A DNA stretch of 47,610 bases from Alphaproteobacteria bacterium. GTDB taxonomy: Bacteria > Pseudomonadota > Alphaproteobacteria > Rs-D84 > SZUA-605. Position numbers and translations under genes: made by a program. The notes under the pieces are model-generated. The model was not told the origin of the DNA and made no database searches. It saw only the letters and a program-made list of their open reading frames with translations. Below are positions 35,468 to 45,248 of the stretch, one piece after another; within the stretch, counting starts at the first letter, position 1, and the number at the start of each line of letters is the position of its first letter. Location: NCBI GenBank assembly GCA_003250835.1, contig QKJL01000031.1, positions 1 through 47,610 of the forward strand, given 5' to 3'.

Positions 35468-36547
35468 ATGAGGAGTATTAAAAGAATTTTCATTTTTTCG
35501 AGTGGGGGTGATTGCCCAGGATTAAATCAAGTTTTATTTCATTTGTATAAAATGTTTGTGCAAAGGAAAATAGAAGTTTATGTGATTTATAATGGGTTAG
35601 CAGGAATTATTGATCCTAAGAATGTTAAAAAATTAACATATGATGAAGTGCATTCGCACTTTGGAAAATCTGGGACATTTCTTGGAAGTGTTCGAGATAC
35701 AGTCACAAGTAAAAAAGACGGTGAACTTTTTGTTGATCATCCTTTGATTGTTCAAATTGATTCAGCCTTTCATCGTTATAAGTTTGATGCGGGACTGTTT
35801 ACTGGTGGTAATGGATCTATGGCTTCCATGTATCATGTATCAAAGTATACAGGTATGCCTATGATTGGTATTCCAAAAACAATTGATGGTGATGTGCCGT
35901 TTACTAATTTTTCCCTTGGATTTTCTTCTGCTTCAGAATATTTAATTCAAGAGATTAATCGTTTAAGAAGTACATCTCATTCGCATGGTACTATTCATTG
36001 TATTCAAGCGATGGGACGTGATGCAGGACATCTTGCATTACATGCTGGATTTTCTGCGGCCGCTACGGCGGTTTTAATTCCTGAGATTTCTTTTGATTAT
36101 CAAGAATTAAAGGATTGTTTGCTTGCGCGAATTTCTATGTCTGAAAGTGGACGTGCTTGTCCAATTTTAGTTGTTTCTGAAGGTGTTCAGAAATTACCAG
36201 AAGATGTGGATAATCCGAAATATGCAAATATGGGTGCAGCTCGTTATGTTTCTGTTAAATTAACAGAGCTTGGGTTGTCTCATGTGAAATATTCTGTACC
36301 AGGGCATTCTCAGCGAGGTGCTGAACCGACTTATTATGATTATAAGCGTGCTGCTATTTTTGCAGTTGAAGCTGTAAAGCGTTTATTATCTGGTGAGACA
36401 AATGTTATGTTGTCTTATGAAGGGGATCATGTTTCGTCAGTTCCTTTTGAAGATATTATGCAAGCTGATACTAAGATGGTATCAAAACGTAGTACTTTAT
36501 TAAAGTATGCTATTGATTCTGGTATTTATATCGGTGATGTTTCATAG
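35468..36547 (+). CDS. 6-phosphofructokinase family protein (ATP- or PPi-dependent not resolved)
   Basis: SSGGDCPGLN, GGNGS, IPKTIDGD and MGRDAGHLAL are PFK-family motifs. I prefer the ATG at 35468 (MRSIKRIF). Confidence 0.85.
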   Translation: MRSIKRIFIFSSGGDCPGLNQVLFHLYKMFVQRKIEVYVIYNGLAGIIDPKNVKKLTYDEVHSHFGKSGTFLGSVRDTVTSKKDGELFVDHPLIVQIDSAFHRYKFDAGLFTGGNGSMASMYHVSKYTGMPMIGIPKTIDGDVPFTNFSLGFSSASEYLIQEINRLRSTSHSHGTIHCIQAMGRDAGHLALHAGFSAAATAVLIPEISFDYQELKDCLLARISMSESGRACPILVVSEGVQKLPEDVDNPKYANMGAARYVSVKLTELGLSHVKYSVPGHSQRGAEPTYYDYKRAAIFAVEAVKRLLSGETNVMLSYEGDHVSSVPFEDIMQADTKMVSKRSTLLKYAIDSGIYIGDVS

Positions 36548-36559
36548 ATTAACTAAAAA

Positions 36560-36589
36560 ACTGCTGCACGAAAGTGTGGCAGTTTTTTT
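36560..36589 (+). terminator. Terminator after pfk
   Basis: Imperfect hairpin actgctgcac-gaaa-gtgtggcagt followed by 7 T. Confidence 0.7.
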
Positions 36590-36662
36590 ATTGACAGATT
36601 TTATATTTCGTGCGTTACTTTGTGTGTTAAATCGTTTATTGTTTTATTTAAACATATTTTCT

Positions 36663-37064
36663 ATGAAACTAAAAAAAATTGATTACAACTCAGCAAATTT
36701 TGAGCTTTGGAAAGAGCATCCAGATTCAGAATGTATGACGATGCTTTCTATTTATCAAAATAAAGAAGATTATTTATTAACGTATGTTGATGGTGATGGA
36801 TTAATGTCTCAGATTGCTCAATTTCCACGTCAGGATCATTTTGTTTGTGTTCGTGAAAAAGGGTGGTTGATTGTTCAAAAATTAGGACAAGAACTGAATT
36901 TGACATTTCATTTTGGTGGTCATTCATTTTCATTTCATTTTACCGATGTAGATGAATTAAGAAATCTTGAAAAAACAGATTTTTCTCAATTTGGTTATAG
37001 TGGTGAACATGGGTATGAAATTTTTGATACTTGCCGCGGTGATTTAATGTCTTGGGACTTGTAG
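36663..37064 (+). CDS. Hypothetical protein (133 aa), orphan
   Basis: The ATG at 36663 (MKLKKIDY) lies downstream of the pfk terminator; the track start at 36507 overlaps pfk and the terminator. There is no SD and I recognise no family. Confidence 0.45.
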   Translation: MKLKKIDYNSANFELWKEHPDSECMTMLSIYQNKEDYLLTYVDGDGLMSQIAQFPRQDHFVCVREKGWLIVQKLGQELNLTFHFGGHSFSFHFTDVDELRNLEKTDFSQFGYSGEHGYEIFDTCRGDLMSWDL

Positions 37065-37179
37065 AATAAAAGGGTATGGGATGAATTTCCTATACTCTTT
37101 TTTTTGTATAGAAAAGGGTTGCTTTGCTTATTTTGCTTCTATATCCTTAGATCAGATTTTAACGAAAGGAAATTTGATT

Positions 37180-40146
37180 ATGTCTAAATCTTTGTATTTT
37201 GTTCTCCCTGTTTTATTGTTGATTGTTTTGTTTTTTGGTTATCGCCGTTGTATGTGGATTGGTAAGACCTTAGAAGGTTTTAAGCTGGTTCGATCAGAAA
37301 AAGCACAAGATGCTCATCATTCTAAGTTATATGAATTTGAACATATTAAAACTGGGGCAAAGGTTGTGATGGTATCAAATGATGATCCTCATAAATTTTA
37401 TTCAATGCATTTTAAAGCGCCAACAAAAGATGATACTGGTGTGTCACATATTTTAGAGCATTCTGTGTTGGCTGGGTCTGAGAAATATCCTGTTCAAACT
37501 GGGGATATGTTCTTTCAATTGATGAAACAAACTGGTGCGACATTTTTAAATGCGATGACAGGTATTGATATTGTGATGTATGTTTATTCATCGCCAAATG
37601 ATACAGATTTTTATAATTTGATGGATGTGTATATGGATGCTGCTTTGTTTCCATTACTTACAAAGGAAACATTCTTACGTGAAGGATGGCGTTATGATAT
37701 GGATCAAAAGAATAAAATTACTGGGGCGAATGGAATTGTGTTTAATGAAATGAAGACAGCTTATAGTAATCCTGATCGTTTATTTTATATGGAATCAATT
37801 CGCAGTTTTTATGATGATACATTAAAATTTGAAGCTGGTGGCGATCCTTTTCATATTCCAGATTTAACATATGAAGATTTTAAGGAATATCATAAAGCTT
37901 ATTATCATCCAACAAATAGTATGACATTTTTGTATGGAAATGGATCTGTTCGTAAACAATTGTCTAAGTTGAATGCTGAATTTTCTAAGTTTGATCGTGC
38001 AACAGAAGTTCATTATGATTATTCACAAAATTTGATTACAAAGCCTGTTGAACGCACAACTACTTTTCCTGCTGCTGATGGCGAAAATGAAGGGTATATG
38101 GGATTTCAATATGCGATGGGTCCTTATTCAGATGTTGCCTTTAAAAAGCAAGCTGATGTGTTGGCATTTTTGTTGGCTGGATATGAATCAGCTCCTTTAT
38201 TAAAGGCGATTAAAGATGCTGGACTTGGCAGTAACGTTAGCACGTTTGTTTATCCATTACGTGGCGAAACTACTTTCTTCGTTTGGATTTACGGTGCTGA
38301 TGTTAAAAAAGAAAAAGAAATTAAAGACTTGATAGCTTCTACATTACGTGATGTTGTGAAAAAAGGATTTTCAGAAAAAGTTGTTGAGGCTGCTAAATCA
38401 TCTGCTCGCTATGATTTGTTGAAAGAATATGCAAATCCAGGTGAACATTTATTTGATATTGTGGCGGATGCATGGATTTATAATGCAGATATGTTGGATC
38501 CATTAAAACATCAAGATGTGTATGATCGTTTTTCAACAGCTATTGATCGTGAAAATGTATTTGAAGATATGGTTAAAAAATACATGATTGCAAATCAACA
38601 ACGTTCTGTTGTTGTGATGAAACCAGATGTGAAAATGACTGAACGTGTTGAGAAAAAATTAAAAGATAAGGTTATTGAAACTGGCGCGAAGAAAAGTTCT
38701 GAAGAACGTGAAATTATTGCCAAAGAATTAGCTTCATATGAAGCATTGCAAAAACAATCAAAGGCTTCTTCAGGTGAAATTTTACCTCGATTAATGTTAG
38801 ATGAAGTTGATATGAAATTGCCTAAGCATCGTGTAGAGGAGCATGATTTTGATCATAATGCGAAATTATTGTATCATCCGATTGCGGAACATGGTTTAAC
38901 TCGTTTAAGTTGGTATTTTGATTTACGTAATGTTGATGTAAATCTTTTACCTTATGTTTCATTATATAATTTGTTAATGGGTAAAATGCCTACTCAGGAT
39001 TATTCTGTGGAAGATTTGGTTTTTGCTGAAAAAACTAAATTAGGAACAGAAACAGAAACATTTGTTCGTACATCATCAATGTATCAAAATTCTGAAGATG
39101 TGATGGCTAAATTTGTGTTTAAAGGTTCTTCATTTAACCAATCCATTGAAGATATGATTGAATTACAAATGGAAGTTTTGTTTAGAACTGATTTATCAGA
39201 TAAAAAATTGATGAAAACAATTATTCACCATGAAATTAATGAAATTGAAACTGCTTGGCGTCAAAAAGGTCGTCCTGTATTTGATGGTGCACATGCATAC
39301 TCTGCCTTTAATTCATATATCAATGGCGAAAAATATTATCAATTCTTGAAATATTTAGATCAGAATTTTGATAAAGAATATGATAAGGTTGTTTTACAAA
39401 TTGAAGCATTGCGTCATACTGTCTTTGTTGCGAATGATTTGATTGTATCTGCGATTGGATCAGCTCAGGATCAACGTCGTTTGTATAATTTAGTTTCAAA
39501 GACTGTTTCAGAATTATCTGTTCGTGAAAAAGATTTTAATGATACATTTTCATTTAAACGTGATGGTGTGAATAAGGCTGTTATTACTCCGGCACGTAAT
39601 ATGGAAAATTATGTTTCCTTACAAATGCCAGAACTTCCTTTTTCACAGATGAGTGTATTGGCTCAGATCTTGCGTTTAGATTATTATATGCCTGAAATTC
39701 GTGAAAAGGGTGGTGCGTATGGTGCGCGTGTGACACCTGGTTTGGATGGGGTTGTTATTTTACAATCGTATGCGGATCCTCATTTAGTAAAATCATTTTC
39801 TGTGTTTGATAAAACAGGGGATTATTTACGTGGGACAGATTTATCAGTTGATGAATTGAATAGTGCGAAGATTAAGACTTTGATGGATAATTATTTAGAT
39901 CCTCAGACATCTTTTCAATTAGGTGATTCATATATGTATCGTATGTTGCGTGGATATTCTGAAAATGCATATCAAAAAGATTTCCACTCTGTTTTAGATA
40001 TGACAGTGGATGATGCAAAATCAGCAGGGGATGTTTTTGATAAAGCAATGAAAACAAAAATGATTTTCTCAGTTGGAAATGAAGATATTATTGAAAAAAA
40101 TAAAAAATTGTTTAAGAAAGTTTATCCGATGGGAGACTTAAATTAA
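37180..40146 (+). CDS. M16-family (pitrilysin/PreP-like, M16C) zinc metallopeptidase with N-terminal membrane anchor
   Basis: The inverted zinc motif HILEH occurs in GVSHILEHSVLAGSEKYP, and the size (~988 aa) matches PreP-type enzymes. The ATG at 37180 has an aaagga SD. The N-terminus SLYFVLPVLLLIVLFFGY is hydrophobic. Confidence 0.85.
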   Translation: MSKSLYFVLPVLLLIVLFFGYRRCMWIGKTLEGFKLVRSEKAQDAHHSKLYEFEHIKTGAKVVMVSNDDPHKFYSMHFKAPTKDDTGVSHILEHSVLAGSEKYPVQTGDMFFQLMKQTGATFLNAMTGIDIVMYVYSSPNDTDFYNLMDVYMDAALFPLLTKETFLREGWRYDMDQKNKITGANGIVFNEMKTAYSNPDRLFYMESIRSFYDDTLKFEAGGDPFHIPDLTYEDFKEYHKAYYHPTNSMTFLYGNGSVRKQLSKLNAEFSKFDRATEVHYDYSQNLITKPVERTTTFPAADGENEGYMGFQYAMGPYSDVAFKKQADVLAFLLAGYESAPLLKAIKDAGLGSNVSTFVYPLRGETTFFVWIYGADVKKEKEIKDLIASTLRDVVKKGFSEKVVEAAKSSARYDLLKEYANPGEHLFDIVADAWIYNADMLDPLKHQDVYDRFSTAIDRENVFEDMVKKYMIANQQRSVVVMKPDVKMTERVEKKLKDKVIETGAKKSSEEREIIAKELASYEALQKQSKASSGEILPRLMLDEVDMKLPKHRVEEHDFDHNAKLLYHPIAEHGLTRLSWYFDLRNVDVNLLPYVSLYNLLMGKMPTQDYSVEDLVFAEKTKLGTETETFVRTSSMYQNSEDVMAKFVFKGSSFNQSIEDMIELQMEVLFRTDLSDKKLMKTIIHHEINEIETAWRQKGRPVFDGAHAYSAFNSYINGEKYYQFLKYLDQNFDKEYDKVVLQIEALRHTVFVANDLIVSAIGSAQDQRRLYNLVSKTVSELSVREKDFNDTFSFKRDGVNKAVITPARNMENYVSLQMPELPFSQMSVLAQILRLDYYMPEIREKGGAYGARVTPGLDGVVILQSYADPHLVKSFSVFDKTGDYLRGTDLSVDELNSAKIKTLMDNYLDPQTSFQLGDSYMYRMLRGYSENAYQKDFHSVLDMTVDDAKSAGDVFDKAMKTKMIFSVGNEDIIEKNKKLFKKVYPMGDLN

Positions 40147-40156
40147 TTAGAATAAA

Positions 40157-40181
40157 AGGCTCATATTTACGAGCCTTTTTT
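40157..40181 (+). terminator. Terminator after the M16 peptidase gene
   Basis: A ggctc/gagcc stem followed by a T-run. Confidence 0.7.
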
Positions 40182-40225
40182 CTTTTCTTGCTTTTTTCAA
40201 GATATTGTATTAGACTTTGATTATT

Positions 40226-40285
40226 ATGACAGCAGTTTTATTTATTGTGTTTCGTCGTGTTTTTGCTCGTCGCCGTCAGGCGTAG
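40226..40285 (+). promoter_or_regulatory. Candidate Arg-rich leader mini-ORF upstream of argS (MTAVLFIVFRRVFARRRQA)
   Basis: A 19-codon ORF with 5 Arg codons (CGT CGT ... CGT CGC CGT) forms a locally GC-rich patch 77 nt upstream of the argS ATG. I found no clear SD or promoter for it. Confidence 0.25.
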
Positions 40286-40362
40286 GGATCTTTTATGCAT
40301 TGCAAATTTACAAGTTTTTATATACAATAGTTTCTTAATATTAAATAGAGATTGGATACATT

Positions 40363-42102
40363 ATGGTACGTTATTTACAAGATTTAAAAAATATTTTAAA
40401 TGCTGCGTTTAAGGCAGCTGGGTTTGATGTGGACGTTATTGTGCGTGCGTCAGACCGTCCTGATTTATCAGATTTTCAATGTAATGATGCATTAAAATTG
40501 GCGAAACAAGTTGGGCAAAATCCACGTGCGATTGCAGAGGCTGTGAAAACTCAGTTAGACAGTGAATCTGTGTTTATTTCTATTTCTGTGGATGGGCCAG
40601 GGTTTTTGAATATGAAAATGCAAGATGCTTGGTTGGCGAAATATGCAACTGATATGTTGGGATCAGATCGTTTAGATTTAATGGTTGTTGATCATCCTCA
40701 AAAAACAGTGATTGATTATGGTGGGCCTAATGTAGCGAAACCATTACACGTGGGACATTTGCGTTCTGCTGTGATTGGAGAAGCGATTAAACGTATTATT
40801 CGTATGGCTGGTAATGATGTGATTGGAGATGTTCATTTTGGTGATTGGGGTCTTCAAATGGGTCTGATTTTTGCAGGATTAGAAGAAAAGTTCAATGCTT
40901 TACCAAATTTATCTGATAAAAGTGTGCGTATTACAATGCAAGATTTATCTGAAGTTTATCCTGCTGCTAGTTTGCGTTCTAAGACTGATGATGTATTTTT
41001 AGAAAAAGCTCGTGATTATACAAAACAACTTCAAGATGGTGATTTAGCTTTGCGTGGGCTTTGGAAATATTGTCGTGATGTATCAGTGAATGCAATTTCT
41101 CAAAATTATGATGATTTGAATATTAAATTTGATTTATGGATGGGTGAAGCTGATGTACATGATCGTTTGATTGCTTTGATTAAGAATGCTGTTCATTCAG
41201 GTGTAATTGTTGAAGATGATGGGGCGATGATTATTAATATTGCTCGTGAAGATGATAAGAAAAATATGCCTCCTGTTTTAATGATGAAATCTAATGGATC
41301 TGTTGGGTATCATGGGACAGATATTGCCACAATTGAACAACGTATTGATGAATTACGTGCTCAACGTATTATTTATTTAACTGATAAACGTCAAGCGTTG
41401 CATTTTGAACAAGTTTTCCGTGGGGCGGAAGCGCTTGGATTTGTAAATAATGGTGTACCTAAACTAGAATACATTGGTTTTGGTACCATGAATGGAAAAG
41501 ATGGTAAACCATTTAAGACACGTGATGGTGGAATTTTACGTTTAGAAGATTTGATTGATTCAGTAAAGCAATCAGGATTAAAAAAAGTGAAAGAGGCTGG
41601 TGTGGCTCAGGATGCGAGTGAATCTGAACAAGAAAAGATCGCTTTGCAAGTTGGCGTGGCTGCGTTGAAGTTTGCTGATTTAATGAATCCTGTGACTACT
41701 GATTATGTATTTGATTTGGATGCTTTCACTCGTTTTGATGGAAAAACTGGTCCTTATATTCAATATACTGCTGTACGTATGCAATCATTATTGGCAAAGG
41801 CAGGTTCAACAGGATCTGATACAATTACTTTATATAATGATGCTGATCGTGCTTTGGCAAAAGAAATTCTTTCTTTTCAAGAAGCATTTGCAGATGCATA
41901 TGATAAATTGTCACCACATATCATTTGTTTGAAAGCTTATGAAATTGCTTCTAAATTTAATGCGTTTTATCATCATTGTCATATTATGAAGGAAGATGAT
42001 CAAGCTAAGCGTGATTCTTGGTTGGCATTAACTTCGTTGACTTTAAAAACATTGAAAAAGTTTGCGGAATTGATTGGTATTGAAATTCCAGAACGTATGT
42101 AA
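40363..42102 (+). CDS. argS: Arginyl-tRNA synthetase
   Basis: NVAKPLHVGHLRSAVIG (HIGH-type), the class I Rossmann core, and a C-terminal DALR-type anticodon-binding region (PYIQYTAVRMQSLL). The protein is 579 aa. Confidence 0.95.
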   Translation: MVRYLQDLKNILNAAFKAAGFDVDVIVRASDRPDLSDFQCNDALKLAKQVGQNPRAIAEAVKTQLDSESVFISISVDGPGFLNMKMQDAWLAKYATDMLGSDRLDLMVVDHPQKTVIDYGGPNVAKPLHVGHLRSAVIGEAIKRIIRMAGNDVIGDVHFGDWGLQMGLIFAGLEEKFNALPNLSDKSVRITMQDLSEVYPAASLRSKTDDVFLEKARDYTKQLQDGDLALRGLWKYCRDVSVNAISQNYDDLNIKFDLWMGEADVHDRLIALIKNAVHSGVIVEDDGAMIINIAREDDKKNMPPVLMMKSNGSVGYHGTDIATIEQRIDELRAQRIIYLTDKRQALHFEQVFRGAEALGFVNNGVPKLEYIGFGTMNGKDGKPFKTRDGGILRLEDLIDSVKQSGLKKVKEAGVAQDASESEQEKIALQVGVAALKFADLMNPVTTDYVFDLDAFTRFDGKTGPYIQYTAVRMQSLLAKAGSTGSDTITLYNDADRALAKEILSFQEAFADAYDKLSPHIICLKAYEIASKFNAFYHHCHIMKEDDQAKRDSWLALTSLTLKTLKKFAELIGIEIPERM

Positions 42103-42118
42103 GTTATGTAATAAAAAA

Positions 42119-42141
42119 AGCTCCTTCGGGAGCTTTTTTTA
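42119..42141. terminator. Bidirectional terminator (argS / RND pump)
   Basis: Hairpin agctcc-ttcg-ggagct flanked by an A-run and a T-run. Confidence 0.85.
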
Positions 42142-42156
42142 TGAATATTATAATTT

Positions 42157-45100
42157 TTATTTTCGCCATTTTTCAAATCGGACACCCAGTAATAACATAC
42201 ATGGTGTTACGATGAGTGTTAGGATTGTTGCAAATGTTAATCCAATCGAAATTGCTTGGGCCATTGGCATCCACATTTGTACAGATGGTGCGCCGATTGT
42301 GATATCCCAATTGATGAAATCGATATTCAATCCAATCGCCATTGGTACAAGTCCTAAGATTGTTGTAATTGTTGTTAATAATACAGGACGTAAACGTTGT
42401 ACACCTGTTCGCATAATCGCATCCCATGGATTTTTCACTTGGTGTTTGATTTGATCATATGTATCGATTAATACAATGTTATTATTCACCACAATTCCAG
42501 CCAAGGATACAATCGCAATTCCATGCATAATCAATGAAAAAGGTACTTGCATGATTAAGATCCCTGCGAACACACCTGTTGTTGACAAGATAATTGCAAA
42601 TAGGATCAAGAACATTGAATAGAAGCTGTTGAACTGTGTTAATAGGATTAAGCAATTGCCACAATGAATGCCACCATTAAGAAGCGCATTGATTCTTCTT
42701 GGTCTTGTTGTTGTCCTTTGAATTTAAATTTAAATCCTTCGTATGCAGGTGGGTGTTCTGCAATCCATTTTTTAAGCTTTACCACTTGTGTTGCTGGCAA
42801 TACATCTTTGGTTGTATTCGCTTTGATAGTCATTACACGTTTTGCATCCACGCGATTAATTGTAGAAATACGTTGTTGAGGTGTTATCTTTACAAAGCTG
42901 GATAATGGAATTGATCCATGTGATGTTGGTACGTTTAGATTTTCCATTTGTTCTAATGTACGGTATTCTTCTGGGAAACGTGTGATGATATAAATTTCTT
43001 CGTCACTATCACTTGCATGGTATGTTGAGAAACGAATACCTTGTGTTAACATTTTTACGATTTCTCCTGCGCTTGCCAAGTCCACGCCAAATTTTGCGGC
43101 TTGAGAACGGTTGATTTTTAATTCCCATTGAATACCGGGTAGGGCGCGAGTATCCTCGATATCTTGGAACCCACCGATTTCATCCATTCCTTTACGGATG
43201 TATTTAATTCCAATGTCGAGTTGATTTTGGTCATCGGCTTCGATTTGAAGTGTGAAAGGTTTTCCGTGTGACGGTCCTTTTTTCTGTTTTTCAATTTCGG
43301 TTTTGATCCCAGGGATTTCACCAATACGTTTTTCCACTTCTTTCATGATTTCATCAACTGTTGGGCGTTTGTCCCAGTCAACAAATTCAACTTGTACATA
43401 TCCAATTACATCTTCGGCGGCTTCTTGAGGACGTACACCTGATTGACCATATACTGTTTCAAAGTATGGCATATCACTGATACGATCTTCTACTTTTTTT
43501 ACAAAGTTACTTTTTTCAACAGCTGATAAATTTCCACGTGCGGATACGAGAATTGACGCGAGATCTGGTTCTTCTTCTGGGAAAAATTCAACCCCTTTAC
43601 CAAATTGTCCCGCCACCATGAAAATTACAATTAGGGTCATGATGCTGCCCAAGAAAATTTTCTTTGGATGTTTTAAAGAGCCTTTTAAAATTTTTGTATA
43701 TATACGTGTGTATCCGTGCAATTTATCAAAATCACCACGTTCAGATGCTTGGATCGTATCAATACCTTTTGCTTTGCGGTGATCAATTTTTCCAAATAAA
43801 ATTCCAAGAGATGGAATAAACACAAGTGCCACAATTAGTGAGGCTGATAAAACAGCAATTAATGTTAATGGCATGAATTTCATAAATTCTCCCACAACTC
43901 CTGTCCAGAATAAGAGTGGCATGAAGGCAGCAAGTGTTGTTGCAGTTGATGCAATCACTGGCCATGCCATACGTTCCGCACTTTCTTTGTATGCGGCACG
44001 TTTTGTTGCGCCTTCGATCATTTTTCGATCGGCATATTCAGTGATTACGATGGCTCCGTCTACAAGCATTCCAACGGATAAGATCAAAGCAAATAGTACA
44101 ACCATATTAATTGTTAGGCCCATTATGTTGATCGTTAAAATCCCGAGTAAGAATGATGATGGGATTGCAAGTCCTACTAAGAATCCTGAACGTAATCCCA
44201 GCATAATGATCACGATTACCATTACGAGTAAGATTGATAAAATCACACTGTTTTCAAGATCAGTTAAATTGTTTTTTACTTTTTCTGATTGGTCACTGCT
44301 GTATGATAATTTTACAGCGGGTGGTAATTTTGATTGAGCAATTTCGATCACGTGTTTTACTAAGTTTACTGTGTCGATAATGTTTGCCCCAGTTCGTTTT
44401 TTTACGTTTAATGTAATTGCTTGTTTTCCATTGATACGTGCAAAGCGTTCAGGGTCTTCAAAATTTCGACGTACCGTTGCAATGTCTTCGAGTTTTACTA
44501 CTGAATCACCTTGTACTTTGATTGGGAGGTTTGCTACATCATCGATTGTTTTTAATAATCCTGGTACTTTTAATGGGAAACGTCCATTTCCTGTATCGAG
44601 ATTTCCAGCCGCAATTAATGCATTTGAACGTGCGAGGAATTGACTGAATTCAGATAATGACAATTGATATGTATTCATCTTAATTGGGTCAACGAGCACT
44701 TCTAATTGTTCTGTTCGTTTTCCCCCGATATCTGCTTCGAGTACTCCTGGGAGTCCTTCGATTGCTTGTTCAAGTTGTTGTGCAATTTTGAACATTGTAT
44801 ATTCAGGTACGTTTCCAGCTAAGTTCACCACGATGATAGGGAATTGTGATGTGTTGATTTCGCTTACAACTGGTTCATCGGCATCATTTGGAAGATCTTT
44901 TTTAGCTGTATCTACTTTATCACGTACCTTTACAAGTGCTGTGTCTGCATCAAAACCTGCTTCGTATTCAAGTAGGATGTTACATCCGCCTTCGAAACAT
45001 GATGTACGCATTTCTTTTACGTTTTCGAGGCTTTTGAATTCAGTTTCAATTGGTTTCGCCAGCATAAGTTCACCATCTTCTGGTGAGATGCCTCGGTAAT

Positions 45101-45248
45101 TTACCGTTGTAATAATGTATGGAATATTTACATCAGGGAATGATTCTTTTGGAATTGTGATATAAGAAATTGCCCCTGCGATAATAAGTAAAATGAGGGT
45201 TGTTAATACACTTCTCATACGGTTGAAAAGGGCTGATACTAATTGCAT
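42157..45248 (-). pseudogene. RND (AcrB-like) inner-membrane efflux pump, reading frame broken by a 1-nt frameshift near 42650
   Basis: The track ORFs 42648..45248 (866 aa) and 42157..42615 (152 aa) are the N- and C-terminal parts of one ~1030-aa RND pump. The first ends ...FLMVAFIVAIA-TAA, and the second frame reads LILLTQFNSFYSMFLILFAIILS from 42651 downward. One extra T (GCT TTA instead of GCTTA) would restore colinearity. Confidence 0.8.

Noticed and set aside
34225-36775. Shared motif TMLSIY(H/Q)(D/N)(E/K)E between the orphan proteins at 33930 and 36663 (nt ~34228 and ~36735, with 14 identical nt atgctttctattta)
   Set aside because: The match is short, and it sits at the C-terminus of one protein and the N-terminus of the other. 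In a 47-kb AT-rich window a 14-mer repeat is expected by chance a few times. It is not enough to claim paralogy.
43873-45099. Plus-strand ORFs of 90-154 aa antisense to the RND pump gene (43873..44337, 44371..44643, 44788..45099)
   Set aside because: They lie entirely within a well-supported minus-strand RND coding region, lack SDs and have odd composition. They are shadow ORFs.
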